Shown piece by piece: positions 29,706 through 39,765 of a stretch of 64,000 nt of DNA. A program made the position numbers and the translations under genes. Numbering within the stretch: position 1 is the stretch's first letter; each line of letters begins with the position of its first letter. The notes under the pieces were generated by a model, which had not been told where the DNA came from, ran no database searches, and saw only the letters and a program-made list of their open reading frames with translations. Source of the DNA: Nitrospirota bacterium (GTDB lineage Bacteria; Nitrospirota; UBA9217). The stretch covers positions 96,001-160,000 of the forward strand of contig CAVWHO010000013.1 of assembly GCA_963754875.1 (NCBI GenBank). The letters run 5' to 3'.

Positions 29706-30890
29706 TCAGGACGTGATGAAATTCCAGAGAAAGAGCGAGGCCACCGTGCGATAGGGCCGCCACGATTCACCCAATGCGCTTACCTGTTTCGGCGTGGGAA
29801 CATCCTTCATCTTGAAAACAACAGCAACGCTTTTTCTGAGCGCGTAATCGTCGACAGGCAGGACATCCATGCGCCCCAGATTGAAGATCAGCAGCATCTC
29901 CACTGTCCATTGCCCTACACCGTAGATCGAAGTAAGCCGTTTTGTGATCTCCCCGTTGCTCAGGGAGATGATGTCTTTTGACGAAGGGACAACATTGTCC
30001 AGGGTTTTTTGGGCAATATCTTTAAGGGCCGCGGTTTTTGCTTTTGACAGGCCGGCGCCTCGTAACAGCCGGTCCGGAGTTTTCAACAGATCGCCGGGTT
30101 CAGGAAATGTCGACCCCGGATATAAATCTTTTACCCTGCCCAGGATGGTTGTCGCCGCTTTCGGCGATAACTGCTGATGCACTACAGCCTCAATCAGCGT
30201 GGCATAGGGGGATTGTCCGTTCCTCAGCCTGAAATCAATAGATTTATCCAAACAACGGGCAAGCCGTGGATCGCGGATTCTGAGAAGCGCTGCTGTACGC
30301 AGAAGGTCCCTCCTGGATTTGATGACAGCAGGCAACCCGATGGTGGCGCCTTCGATTGCCAGCAATCGTGCCTTTGTCGCCAATCCTCCGGGTGCAGAGA
30401 ATCCCCCAGGCTTGTTGCCCGCTGCAAGAACACGATGGCAAGGAATTATGATTGGAACCGGATTTCTCCCCAAAGCCTGTCCTACGGCCCGGGAAGCAGC
30501 AGGCCTGTTCATGATATTTGCTAGTTCGCCGTATGACAGAGTCCCGCCTGACGGGATTGTGCGACAGGATTCGTAAACTTGCAGCCCAAAAGGACTGACA
30601 CCTTTCAGGTCAACAGCGACATCCTGAAAATCCTGCAATTCCCCGCGCAAATGTTTCTGAACTTTTCTGATTATTTCGGCGATTCTCGGCGGAGCACTCG
30701 CCTTGCGTCCTTGGGACAAACGCGCGATCCTCTCTTCCGTCAACTGCTTCGTTGCTTCAGGAAGTTGGAAGAATGTCACCAGAGATTGTCCGGTGGACGA
30801 ATCAGATATTTCCCATGCGATCCCGCAGAATCCCAATGCAGTCTCAAAGAGTCTGTAAAAACATGAGGGACCAGTTTTTGAAATTGGCAT
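29706..30890 (-). CDS. Ogt (O6-alkylguanine transferase)-AlkA (3-methyladenine glycosylase) fusion
   Basis: RAVGQALGRNPVPIIIPCHRV, then HQQLS, GLSKAK, GVGQWTVEM, LPVDD, WRPYRT. Confidence 0.85.
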   Translation of the reverse strand: MPISKTGPSCFYRLFETALGFCGIAWEISDSSTGQSLVTFFQLPEATKQLTEERIARLSQGRKASAPPRIAEIIRKVQKHLRGELQDFQDVAVDLKGVSPFGLQVYESCRTIPSGGTLSYGELANIMNRPAASRAVGQALGRNPVPIIIPCHRVLAAGNKPGGFSAPGGLATKARLLAIEGATIGLPAVIKSRRDLLRTAALLRIRDPRLARCLDKSIDFRLRNGQSPYATLIEAVVHQQLSPKAATTILGRVKDLYPGSTFPEPGDLLKTPDRLLRGAGLSKAKTAALKDIAQKTLDNVVPSSKDIISLSNGEITKRLTSIYGVGQWTVEMLLIFNLGRMDVLPVDDYALRKSVAVVFKMKDVPTPKQVSALGESWRPYRTVASLFLWNFITS

Positions 30891-30957
30891 TTCTCTTCGC
30901 TCACTCCCAATCCTTTGGTTGCTTACGAGATCGCGCTTTTTGCGGCCTGTGCTGGAT

Positions 30958-31431
30958 TTATCGTTGATCATAGGCTTGTCGCAGCGTTTTTATGTCGAGC
31001 TTAGTCATCTGAAGCATGGCTTTCATGACTCTTCGTGATCTCTCTGCATCCTTGTCCTGCAGCATCTCGATGAGAACTGTGGGAACGACCTGCCATGACA
31101 GACCATATTTGTCTTTAAGCCAGCCGCACACGTTTTTTTCTCCGCCGTCTGAAAGCTTCTCCCACAGTTCGTCTACTTCCTGCTGCGACTCGCAGTGTGT
31201 GACGAACGATATTGCCGGCGTGAAGGTGAATTGCGGGCCGCCGTTCAAAGCGGCAAATTCCTGTCCGTTGAGGAGGAATGACGCGGTCATTACCGTGCCC
31301 TTCGGTCCCGGCCCTTCTTCGCCATAGCGAGTAACGCCCAAAACCTTTGAATTTTTAAAAATTGAGACATAAAAATTCATCGCCTCTTCGGCTTTGTCGT
31401 CGAACCACAAGAATGGGGTGATTTTTTTCAT
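30958..31431 (-). CDS. VOC/PhnB-like (3-demethylubiquinone-9 methyltransferase family) protein
   Basis: KITPFLWF, ALNGGP, CGWLKDKYGLSWQV. Confidence 0.9.
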   Translation of the reverse strand: MKKITPFLWFDDKAEEAMNFYVSIFKNSKVLGVTRYGEEGPGPKGTVMTASFLLNGQEFAALNGGPQFTFTPAISFVTHCESQQEVDELWEKLSDGGEKNVCGWLKDKYGLSWQVVPTVLIEMLQDKDAERSRRVMKAMLQMTKLDIKTLRQAYDQR

Positions 31432-31480
31432 ATTGCCTCCCTCCACTGACTCTGTGCCGTTGAAAATTCGAGTGTTGCGC

Positions 31481-31765
31481 TTACTTTTCAGCTATAGCCT
31501 TCAGGTCGGCAAGACCGGTCTCGAAATCCTTGCCGATCATCTTGTCCATGCTGAAAAATATACCGATAACCTTTGCCAGATACGGCCAGTAACTTGCAAT
31601 CATCTCATAAGTCACGCGTCCAAAAAGAAGCGTGCTCCCGGATTTGAGACCCTCGGCAGCATATGCATTTTCTTCTGCGCCATGCCTGTGCCAGCTGATA
31701 TCTTCTTTTGGCCCTTTATAGTAGCCATCAAGTGTTATGAAATTGAATGCGAATAATTTTCTCAT
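31481..31765 (-). pseudogene. In-frame chimera: RibD-C/DHFR-fold N-terminus joined to an SRPBCC-like C-terminus
   Basis: Matches the 41414 paralog up to ASYWP, then switches to YLAKVIGIFFSMDKMIGKDFETGLADLK. Confidence 0.65.
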
Positions 31766-31819
31766 GTCGACCTCCTGAAATTAATTACCGTCAACCCGGC
31801 GGCGCTGCTCTCTGATCAA

Positions 31820-31919
31820 AGTATACATACCATATGGTATTCTTGTCAAGGTATTAAATATATATTATTCCAGTGTAATATTAGTATCGCTTGATTTTAA
31901 ATACCATTTGGTATATAAT
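31820..31919. promoter_or_regulatory. Divergent sigma70 promoters with two TetR-type operators
   Basis: ATACCATATGGTAT (31827-31840) lies in the minus-strand TTGACA-N18-TATACT; ATACCATTTGGTAT (31901-31914) lies in the plus-strand TTGATT-N17-TATAAT. Confidence 0.8.
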
Positions 31920-31925
31920 ATGATC

Positions 31926-32552
31926 ATGAAAAAAGAAACGCGAAAGAGATCGAGAGATCCCGAGAGAACACGCTCTCAAATACTGGAAACAGCAGCCCGT
32001 GAGATCTATGAGCACGGCTTTCAAGGCGTCAGCATCGACCAGATCATCAAGAAAACCAATCTGACCAAAGGGGCTTTTTTCCACTACTTTGCCACAAAAA
32101 GCGATCTGGGGTATGCCATTGCCGACGAGGTCTTACGGGAAATGGTCCTGGACAGATGGATCCGGCCACTTGCCGCATACAAGAATCCGGTTCAGGGGAT
32201 CTTGAAGCGTTTCAAGACATTGACCGACGCCATGCCGGATGAGAACCTGGTACGCGGTTGCCCGCTCAACAATCTCACCCAGGAAATGTCGTCCGTTGAT
32301 CCTCTGTTCCGGGAGAAGCTTAAAGCAGTAATGACGCTCTGGATCGACGAAACGGAGAGATACTTAGAGAAAGCCGAGGAGAATGGTTACCTGAAAAAGA
32401 CCGCGAACACACGGCAGCTTGCCGAGTTTATCGTTGCGACCGAGGAAGGTTCATTCGGATTGGTCAAGAGCATGGCTGATAGAAAAATATATACTTCTTT
32501 GTACAACTCTTTGAGGGACTATTTGCTTTCCAAGACCGAAAGGGAATCATGA
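31926..32552 (+). CDS. TetR/AcrR-family regulator
   Basis: GFQGVSIDQI...TKGAFFHYFATK HTH; GCPLNNL. Confidence 0.92.
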   Translation: MKKETRKRSRDPERTRSQILETAAREIYEHGFQGVSIDQIIKKTNLTKGAFFHYFATKSDLGYAIADEVLREMVLDRWIRPLAAYKNPVQGILKRFKTLTDAMPDENLVRGCPLNNLTQEMSSVDPLFREKLKAVMTLWIDETERYLEKAEENGYLKKTANTRQLAEFIVATEEGSFGLVKSMADRKIYTSLYNSLRDYLLSKTERES

Positions 32553-32761
32553 CGCGATCTCCTACGAAACGACGGGGATGTCCGTAAGGGGCGTTTGCAC
32601 GAAGAAAGAACGGTGAGAAACCTTCACTGCGGAGACGGAGATGATCCCCATCAGTTGGAACGGTTACCCGATCGCCTATCATTTCGTGCGGGAAGTCAGG
32701 TAAACCCTGAAGCATTGCATGAGAGGATTCGAGGAAACGGCCGCGAAAAGCGTTCGGCCAC

Positions 32762-33367
32762 CTATGACGCTCTCCCCAGTTGGAGCCGGCGGGCTTTATT
32801 TTTTCCAACCCGCGTCAGGAAATCAGCGTCACCCAGAATTACCTTGATCGCCTCCGCCAGTGCTTGGCCTGCCACGCGGCTTGCCATGGTATCCGCGGAC
32901 TCGAAGAAGGCCAGGCGAGACTCGGCGTTGGCCTCATATTTTTTCGTCCACCCTTTTGATGATACGGCGACCGTCACCTTGAATTGATAAAGGTCATCGT
33001 GCTCGATAAGAGTGATCTCCGGAAGCGAGATGGACAGCCGCAGCAATGCCTTTGGCCCTACGTACGCGCCCCGCTTTGCAAGTTCACCTGACAGGTTGTC
33101 AACGAGCTGTTTGGACCACACCCGCCGGTTTCCGATGAAACCCAGCTTCTGCCCTTTATCGGTCGGGATATCGTAGCTCGAAGAGTCCTTTTCCACATTT
33201 ACCAGGGTCAATGAAACGCCGGAAAAAGACGTTGTTTGAACACCTTTCACCAAGGGGACATTGTCCGGCATGGCCCTAACCGCGCAGCCCATGAGGAGAA
33301 CCATGCTGCTGAGCAACAGAGATACCGCGCCACCTTTGATGATGGAATATGACCTTTTCATGTACAA
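32762..33367 (-). CDS. Hypothetical lipoprotein
   Basis: GGAGG RBS, hydrophobic signal peptide with lipobox LMGC. Confidence 0.7.
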   Translation of the reverse strand: MYMKRSYSIIKGGAVSLLLSSMVLLMGCAVRAMPDNVPLVKGVQTTSFSGVSLTLVNVEKDSSSYDIPTDKGQKLGFIGNRRVWSKQLVDNLSGELAKRGAYVGPKALLRLSISLPEITLIEHDDLYQFKVTVAVSSKGWTKKYEANAESRLAFFESADTMASRVAGQALAEAIKVILGDADFLTRVGKNKARRLQLGRAS

Positions 33368-33423
33368 CCTCCCGTTGTCCGGCTAGATAGTGGCAAGTTT
33401 GAAGTCTCGCCCAAACATTATAT

Positions 33424-33440
33424 TGCATTTGAAATGCCAA
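33424..33440 (-). promoter_or_regulatory. Sigma54 (-24/-12) promoter
   Basis: TTGGCATTTCAAATGCA (GG-N10-GC) 57 nt upstream of the lipoprotein ATG. Confidence 0.65.
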
Positions 33441-33744
33441 GAAACCCTTTCCGTTGCTAACCTCTTGATAGTCGAGCATAATTTTTTTTAATCGATTTTT
33501 CCTCATCAAACAGACAGGTGAAGGTGTATGCATTACACAACAGCAGGTGAGGGAATGAAAGGAGAAAAAAAACGACAATCAAAGGAAAATCAGGAAGTTA
33601 GTGAATTGTATGAAATTGCAAACACGATGAGAAAGAATGCTCAATGGATGATAAATAAAGGAGCGGAGGAAATATAGCAAATAATAATGTAAGAAGGAAC
33701 TGACCCCAGCGCCCTAGTACCTAAGGCTTCATGATCGGATTGGC

Positions 33745-34461
33745 TTACTTGTTGAGATACTTGTTGAGAAGGTCTTGAGCGCCCTTGCGAAGCAGCCGCT
33801 CACCCTGAGTCTTGGCAACGGCTTTTGCAGTTTCTTCGGCCAGAGCAGTGGCAACTGTGCGCGCTATCTCCGCAGGAGTGACGCCGCCGTGCTTGCCGAT
33901 ATCCGTCAGCTCCAAACGGGGCAGCTCGACAATATAAGGCTTGTCCATCAGTTTTGCAATGCGCACGTGTACCTTTCCCTTTTCGAACACCAGCTTTTTG
34001 ACATGCAACTTGATTTCTTTCCCCTTGGGGCTTTTTTGCAGCTGCTCTTCCCTGGAAGGACCTGAGGAGAGATTCTTCTTCAGGATGTCCACATTCGCGG
34101 TCCCGTCTTCCTTCATTTCATAGAATACTTCAGGACCGGAAATCAGGATGCTGTCGATCACAATGGGAGTGCTCGTGACCGACTTTACCGCGATCCGGAC
34201 TGATATGTCGTCAAGCGTAATGATGGAAGGGAAAGAGAAACCGGGAGGATTGGCTACTGTCAATCCAAGGACAGCGCCCTCGCCGTTCGAGAGTTGTATC
34301 TTCACTGAAGATACGCGGACAGCCGTTTTCGTTGCCTGGGAACCGTACTTCTCTATAGCAGTCTTCACGATAGAGTTGAGGTTCGTGTAAACGTAGACTG
34401 CGGTACCGGTGATGGCCAGAATAATTGCTAGGATGATGGAAATAAGAATTTTCTTTTTCAT
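33745..34461 (-). CDS. AsmA/DUF748-like membrane-anchored protein
   Basis: N-terminal TM segment, IEKYGS, GLTVANPPGF, IDSILISGPEVFYE. Confidence 0.7.
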   Translation of the reverse strand: MKKKILISIILAIILAITGTAVYVYTNLNSIVKTAIEKYGSQATKTAVRVSSVKIQLSNGEGAVLGLTVANPPGFSFPSIITLDDISVRIAVKSVTSTPIVIDSILISGPEVFYEMKEDGTANVDILKKNLSSGPSREEQLQKSPKGKEIKLHVKKLVFEKGKVHVRIAKLMDKPYIVELPRLELTDIGKHGGVTPAEIARTVATALAEETAKAVAKTQGERLLRKGAQDLLNKYLNK

Positions 34462-34838
34462 CTGGAAATGACTTTCTCCAAAGTTCTTCCCCATGGAGGG
34501 AGGAAGAGTGCAAAGGTGGGGGTGATGGAAGGGCGGAAAAAAGTCCCTCGATTTCCATCTCCCTTTTTGAACCCAGTACCTGAGTGTTTCGTGACTATCG
34601 CTTTCCTTATTATACAATATTCTGATGCACGATGACAACCATGCGAGAGAAGCGGAGAAGTGCTGGAGGAAGGTCTTGAATGTTTATATTCCCCTAGAGG
34701 CATAGGAGTGGACGTTGTTGCATCTGTTGCGTCGCCCGGTTTTTCGCAATGACGGCCGCGGATACTTTTTTCGAGAACATACAGTTTTAACAACACATTT
34801 TAAAACCAGGGAAGTCCCGAGTATCAAGTCCATTACCC

Positions 34839-34915
34839 GCCTTAGGCCGCCCCAACTTGAAGTCACAATTTGTGATTTCAAGAGGATCTTGCCTTCGATT
34901 TGTTCCACCGTTACC
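34839..34915 (-). pseudogene. ORF6N-domain remnant (internally deleted)
   Basis: VEQIEGKILL joined directly to KSQIVTSSWGGLRR, two non-adjacent ORF6N-like segments. Confidence 0.45.
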
Positions 34916-34971
34916 AGGCCTCTGTTTTTATCTGTTCTTTTCGTTATAAATAGTGGACCCGCGCCCCTGCC

Positions 34972-35358
34972 TCAGTTTGTTTTATCCAGCTTCCATTTCA
35001 CCCCGCCCCGAGTGGCGATATAGAGGAACACAAAGCAGTAGAGAGCTGCCAACTCGCCTTTATTTACTCCAGGAAAGAAGTTACGCCCCATTTGGAATTT
35101 CGAGTGAAATTGGAAGTAGGCCACTGCCATCTCGCCGCTGCAGAGGAATGCCGCAATCCGTGTCTGATACCCCAGCATCACTGCTACCCCTCCAATCAGT
35201 TCTAGGAGCCCGCCGAACCAGAGCTCGGATCCCATTGGCGGTTGAAAGTCGGAAAGAATCCCCAGGATTTTCTGGACGCCGTGGAACGAGAACATGAATC
35301 CCGCCACGATCCGCATCAAGGCGTAAGCTTCGTCAGCGTACCTTGCAAGCCATTTCAT
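34972..35358 (-). CDS. DoxX-family protein
   Basis: RIVAGFMFSFHGVQK, TRIAAFLCSGEMAVAYF, GELAALYCF. Confidence 0.9.
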   Translation of the reverse strand: MKWLARYADEAYALMRIVAGFMFSFHGVQKILGILSDFQPPMGSELWFGGLLELIGGVAVMLGYQTRIAAFLCSGEMAVAYFQFHSKFQMGRNFFPGVNKGELAALYCFVFLYIATRGGVKWKLDKTN

Positions 35359-35386
35359 GATTCATCCTCCCAATCACAATAAATTC

Positions 35387-36205
35387 TTATGCCAAATAGC
35401 GTTTGGCAAGTTTTCCGCCGTTGCTCTGTTCTAAGAGGCCGCGCTCGCTTGCTTTCAATGAATCCAGGAGTCCCGGGTCTTCCAGCGCGGGAATGCAGAT
35501 CACTTCTCCCAATTGCAGTCCAGCCAGCGACGCTTTTACTATGTCTTCAGGACTCATGACCATCTCCGCGGGGAGCCGGGCCGGGTCCATACCCATGCGT
35601 TGATGAAATTCCGTGCGTACGATCCCCGGGCAAAGCGCCTGGACACGCACGCCTGTTCCTTTGAGCTCGTTGGAAATGATCTGCGTAAAGGTATTAATGT
35701 AAGCCTTGGTCGCGGCATAGGTCGCCCGCTTTGGCAACTGAGGGAAATCAAGGGACGCACTGAAGGCCAGCCGCGACGAAACATTGATGATCCCTCCATG
35801 CCCGCGAGTCACCATGCCCGGCAGAGCAGCACGCGTCAGCCGCGTCACCGCGAGCACCTGCAGATTGATGAGTTCCTCTGCCTTATCAGGATCAAGCGAG
35901 ACGAAGGGCATGTAACCGCCGAAGCCGGCGTTGTTGACAAGCAAATCCAATGCGCTATCTTGCGCAATTCGTTGTTCGAGCATGCGGAGTGCCGATTTTT
36001 CCGTTAGGTCCGCCGCGACCACTTCAACGTTAACGCCTCCGCTGTTTTGAAGGCGCTGCGCCAATGTCTCCAGGAGTTCTTTACGCCGCGCAACGATGAT
36101 CAGATCATAACGGTCCCGCGCCAGGCGCTCTGCGAAGGCAGCTCCTATCCCGGATGAAGCGCCGGTCACCAATGCGCGCGGTCTTGGTTTGTTCTCGTTT
36201 GGCAT
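35387..36205 (-). CDS. Short-chain dehydrogenase/reductase
   Basis: TGASSGIG, NNAG, YAATK. Confidence 0.93.
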   Translation of the reverse strand: MPNENKPRPRALVTGASSGIGAAFAERLARDRYDLIIVARRKELLETLAQRLQNSGGVNVEVVAADLTEKSALRMLEQRIAQDSALDLLVNNAGFGGYMPFVSLDPDKAEELINLQVLAVTRLTRAALPGMVTRGHGGIINVSSRLAFSASLDFPQLPKRATYAATKAYINTFTQIISNELKGTGVRVQALCPGIVRTEFHQRMGMDPARLPAEMVMSPEDIVKASLAGLQLGEVICIPALEDPGLLDSLKASERGLLEQSNGGKLAKRYLA

Positions 36206-36343
36206 AGAAACAGGCCCTTTCTATAAAAAGTATGAAGAAGAATTAAGAGTTAAGAATTGTAATAAATAATGATGAATTAAAACTGAAGGGATGAATTGAT
36301 TATAGGGATACCCAATCTTTTGTCAAGGAACTTGATCGAGTAT

Positions 36344-36886
36344 TCATTGCGAAAGATTTCTCAGATACTCTACGCAGCGTTCGACGGAATTTTCTAAGGA
36401 CTCTTTACTTGTATCGATTACCAGATGCCCAACAGTAATCGGTTCTGCCTTTTCTTTTAATGCTAAATATAATTTGTACGTTCTGTTGCCGGCTGGATGC
36501 GCACCCGCACGTTGATCATTATCAAGCCTTTGTTTGGCAATGGCATCATCGCAAACGCATTCAATAATGACCGGTTTTACTTTTAAAGACTCAGCCCGTG
36601 ACAGCAGTTGCTCTACCTGATACGATTTCGAAAAAGTTCTGCCATCAATAATAATGGTTTGCTCCGGGTTTGCTCTCAGCAGGTATTCCGAAATGATAAA
36701 AATGACCTCCATGCAGAGATCGTCCTGCTTTCGAGAAAAATAAATGGTCTCCTTTGAAAACAGTTTTGCACGAATGTCATCTTTGTTCAGCACCACTGCA
36801 TTCAGTCGTTTTCCCAGTTGGTCGGCAATAGTTGTCTTGCCGGTGCCAGGCAGGCCGGCCATGGTAATAAGCATTTTACTCCCCAT
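36344..36886 (-). CDS. AAA_33-type P-loop kinase
   Basis: GLPGTGKTT, DDIR, IIIDG. Confidence 0.8.
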   Translation of the reverse strand: MGSKMLITMAGLPGTGKTTIADQLGKRLNAVVLNKDDIRAKLFSKETIYFSRKQDDLCMEVIFIISEYLLRANPEQTIIIDGRTFSKSYQVEQLLSRAESLKVKPVIIECVCDDAIAKQRLDNDQRAGAHPAGNRTYKLYLALKEKAEPITVGHLVIDTSKESLENSVERCVEYLRNLSQ

Positions 36887-36963
36887 AGAATGTTACAAGG
36901 CGCGGAGGACAAAGGGCACGTATTTCCTGTCCTCCTTGCGCAGGGCCATTGTCGGACAAGACT

Positions 36964-38909
36964 TCAAAGCTCATTGAGCATCTTTCTCAGGCCACGCGCT
37001 TCGTCTTTCGTCAGCTTCCGGTCCCGGTAGTAATACCCCTCGAACTGTTCCACAAAAAGGCGGGCGCGTTCGCGGAGGCCGTCTTCTTTGACCAGGGCCA
37101 CGAACTCCTCAAGTCCCTGGGACCGGGACTTGACATAGCCGCGTCTCTTCATTTTCCCCAGGAACACGGCGAGCAGCCTTTCCTCTACGCGTTTCCTCGC
37201 TCCTCTAAGAGCATACAACGCAAAGCACAGAGAACCGGCGCCGAGGAATGCCAGCAGGAACTTTGACGCCCGGTCCTTGTCGAATGAGATCTTGAAACGT
37301 ACATCCCGGACGCCCTCACGCAATTTATTGATCAGCGAGAATTGTTTTTCGAGATCGTAATTGATGACGAACGCGTTCCAGTAATAATCGATCGTATCGA
37401 AAAAGAGCCTGAGCCTGAAAAGCAGGCCCCTTCCGGAGGGGGACACAAAGCTCTCCGGGGCCGCAGGCGTGGGGTCCAGACGCACCCACCCCCTGTTTTC
37501 AAAATATGCCTCGACCCATACGTGGGCGTTTCGCTCCGGTATCATGTAGTAGCCGCCCGCCTGGTTATAAAAGCCGCCGCGGTATCCGCCGACGAGCCGG
37601 GAAGGAATGTCTGAAAGCCGCAGCATGACAGCCATGGCAGACGCGAAATATTCGCAGTTCCCGTATTTGTGTTGAAAGAGGAAGTCGTTGAGCGGAGCGT
37701 TGGATACCGGAAGATTGCTGAGCGAGTATTTGTAGTCCCCGTTTCTCAGAAAATGCAGGATGGCCATGGCTTTCTGTTCCTTGCTTCCGCCGGTTGTCAG
37801 GCCGTGCGCCAGTTCCCTGATCTTTTCCATTCCTGTCTCCGGTACCTGGAGATACCTGTCACGGTCTATATCGTTCTCCGGCAGGGTATCCGACAGCACG
37901 GAGAACGCTTCGTATTTCAGCTTCCTGGTGATCGTTTTGGTCAGGGAATACGTGAGGTCGACGAATTTTCCGACATCCGGCGCCCGGACCGATGACGGCT
38001 TGTCAAGGGCGAAGAGGTACCTGTTTCCGTACGGGTCGAGGTATATTGTCTGCGCAATCCTGCGGCCCGGCATGGTCACCGGATAGTTCCTGCCCGCCTG
38101 GTTGCGGCCAATGCTTTTCCATGACTGCCCGTCGAAATGGTCGAGGACGATGCCCCGCCAGTACAGCGAAGCGTCATCCACTTTTTCCATGCCAACGCGC
38201 ATGATGACGGTTGCGTCCTCCTGTATGGCCGAGACCCGGCCGAGCCCCACCGTGTCGCTGAATCCGGTCGAGGCCCCGCCACCCCGGTTCAGGATATTGA
38301 ACACCGGACTGGCCGTCCGGGGGAGAACCACAAACAGGAGGACTGCGATGGGGATGGACGCGAGCGGGATGAACAACGACTTCAGTACGATGCCCCGTAC
38401 CGTGGCGAGCGGAAGCTCCATGGCGCGGTCCTCGGCGTAATAGGCGAGGAGCACCATGGCCGCAGCCAGCAGAAAAAGCAGCACGAAGAAATAGGCCAGG
38501 AAGAGGATATCGAGGGACAGCAAGGCCGAGCCCGCGAGCAGAAAGACCGATAGTACGTAGATCTGCATATAGTCCCTGAACTTCTTCTCCTCCAGAAACT
38601 TTATGGCAAGGAGGATCATAAGCGCCTCCACCGCGGGCTGCACGAAGTTCTGGAGGCTCATCCTCATGAAGCTGACGCCCACGAATGCCAGCGTCGCCAG
38701 CGTGAGCAGCCAACGGGGGATGAGAAACGTGCGCCGGTATTCGAACAGCATTGAGACGAGAAAGAGCGAGAAAAAACCGAAGCGAGTAGACCAGGCCGGT
38801 ATACCGGGCGGCCGCGAGTGCCCCAATGACGCCGATGAGGAAGGAGAGCGCCTTGACAACGTCCTCGACCCTGAGACGCGGGTTATAGTCCCTGCATGTT
38901 CTTCGCCAT
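36964..38909 (-). CDS. Transglutaminase TgpA-family membrane protein (DUF3488); frameshifts near 38890 and 38780
   Basis: TM region, YWRGIVLD, GNCEYFASAM, AHVWVEAY, DPTP catalytic triad. Confidence 0.85.
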
Positions 38910-39765
38910 AAAGCGCAAGCTCCCTGATCATAGCGGTTTTATGCGACGCCGATGTTCCGGGCCCGAACACCAGGCCCCCTATCCGCAGTCCCGCCGGGAT
39001 ATTCCTCCGGTAGAGCCCGAGCAGGAGATAGGTAACGCATGAGATCCGCTCTTCCCTGTTCCTGATCCCGATTTTTTCGAAGTCAATGACCACCGGTTGC
39101 TGCGCAAGAGAGGACAGTTCCTTGGTCTTGAGCTCACGCGACTTTGCGCTTGCCTTCCAATGGATGTATTTCATCGGGTCCCCGTGCGCGTAATTCCGCA
39201 GGGACAGCAAGTCCCCCTCGTACCCTGCCCGGTCCGAGGACGCTTCGCCCCTCGCCCTGCGCTCGTGTTCGAGGAAGTCGTTGAGGCCGCACTTTTTCGG
39301 CTCGGGGAAAACGATATATTCAAAGGCAGTTTTGATCCTGCGGTACCTGATGAAGAAATTGAAGGGAAATACGGACGAGACCGTGACCACGTCGAGGGAG
39401 CGCCTGCCGCGTTGCCCCGCGACCAAGGTGATGTATTTTTCTTCCGAAGCCCCGGCGCCTACATAGGGGAAGAGCGTCTCCGCATCGCCGGCCCGCACCC
39501 TGATGAGGAAGGAAGGCAGATAACGCCGCCTGTTCACGAGACGGATCTTGAGCGGGAACGATCTGTTCGCGTAGATCTCGCCGGGCAGGCCGAGTTCGAT
39601 TGCAACACGCACGATATTGCTCTTCCCGAAAAAGCCGGAAACGCCCAGAAAGCTGAGGAATGCAGCCGTGATGAGGTAGATGAGATTATTGCCGGTGTTG
39701 ACCGCGGAAACGCCCAGGGCAACGGTAAGGGTTATGTACAGCCAGCCTGCCCGGGTGCCCCTGAT
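38883..39765 (-). CDS. DUF58 protein, probable ATC start
   Basis: AVNTGNNLIYL, FPFNFF, LRNYAHGDPMKYIHWKASA; open frame from ATC at 39765. Confidence 0.8.

Noticed and set aside
36964..39612. 882-aa DUF58-transglutaminase fusion ORF
   Set aside because: Two compensating indels (extra G near 38890, another near 38780) explain it. Correction gives DUF58 ending HAGL* and a separate gene starting MAKNMQDYNPRLRV.
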